Source of the DNA: Methanobacteriota archaeon
Lineage (GTDB): Archaea > Thermoplasmatota > Thermoplasmata > SG8-5 > DAIRED01
Reading direction: 5' to 3'
Length of the DNA stretch: 64,000 nt
NCBI GenBank assembly: GCA_043799545.1
Contig: JAZDNO010000006.1
Span: forward strand, 3,413-67,412
Under the pieces are notes generated by a model that saw only the letters and a program-made list of their open reading frames with translations, had not been told where the DNA came from and made no database searches. Each line of letters starts with the position of its first letter. The first letter of the stretch is position 1. Of the stretch, positions 63,994 to 64,000 are shown piece by piece. Made by a program: the position numbers and the translations under genes.

Positions 63994-64000
63994 TAAATTC

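Noticed and set aside
1-64000. CRISPR array, rRNA genes, transposases/IS elements, integrases
   Set aside because: No regularly spaced identical short repeats, no rRNA-like stretches, and no DDE, tyrosine or serine recombinase-like ORFs were seen anywhere. The only tandem nucleotide periodicity (58.4-60.7 kb) is explained by the protein-level zinc-ribbon repeats.

Overview
High-GC (~60-65%) archaeal chromosomal segment. Evidence: aIF2-gamma, aIF5B, S6e, L7Ae/S28e/L24e/NDK cluster, LX-prefoldin-FtsY cluster, TBP, PriL, an intron-containing tRNA-Tyr, CTP-type riboflavin kinase regulator. Gene density is high; most genes are tightly coupled or overlapping by 1-14 nt.

Main blocks:
(1) 0.8-7.5 kb: tungsten-type aldehyde:ferredoxin oxidoreductase (AOR) operon. 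It carries polyferredoxin, AOR, a Cmo-like radical SAM protein, a ThiF/MoeB-like E1, a ThiS/MoaD-like protein ending in GG, a 60-aa ORF, MobB and an NAD(P)-aldehyde dehydrogenase.
(2) 7.5-12.1 kb: translation-factor operon, minus strand (aIF5B, S6e, aIF2-gamma, PIN protein, RbkR-like regulator).
(3) 12.2-13.1 kb: two paralogous N-terminally anchored pilin-like proteins.
(4) Three tRNAs: Tyr with intron, Ser, Pro. Each is followed 75-100 nt downstream by a direct repeat of its own 3' end.
(5) 24-34.5 kb: surface-glycan island. It holds GT1, a Wzx-like flippase, an epimerase, a complete GDP-D-glycero-D-manno-heptose pathway (HddC, HddA, GmhA, GmhB), an AT-rich Wzy-like membrane protein, GT2 and GNAT.
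(6) 34.5-44.6 kb: TldD/PmbA pair, PHP phosphoesterase, clostripain-like surface protease, acyl-CoA synthetase, a glycosyltransferase and a radical SAM/SPASM protein.
(7) Three AT-rich islands, likely horizontally acquired: a Wzy-like gene, a solitary GIY-YIG nuclease preceded by palindromes, and a 768-aa zinc-ribbon tandem-repeat protein with an embedded DUF559/Vsr-like nuclease domain.
(8) 48.7-54.9 kb: type IV pilus/archaellum-like ATPase and platform operon. A divergent membrane protein with Zn-ribbon, TPR and tandem HhH domains lies next to it.

No CRISPR array, rRNA or transposase was found. Gene starts were re-derived where the longest ORF was clearly too long.
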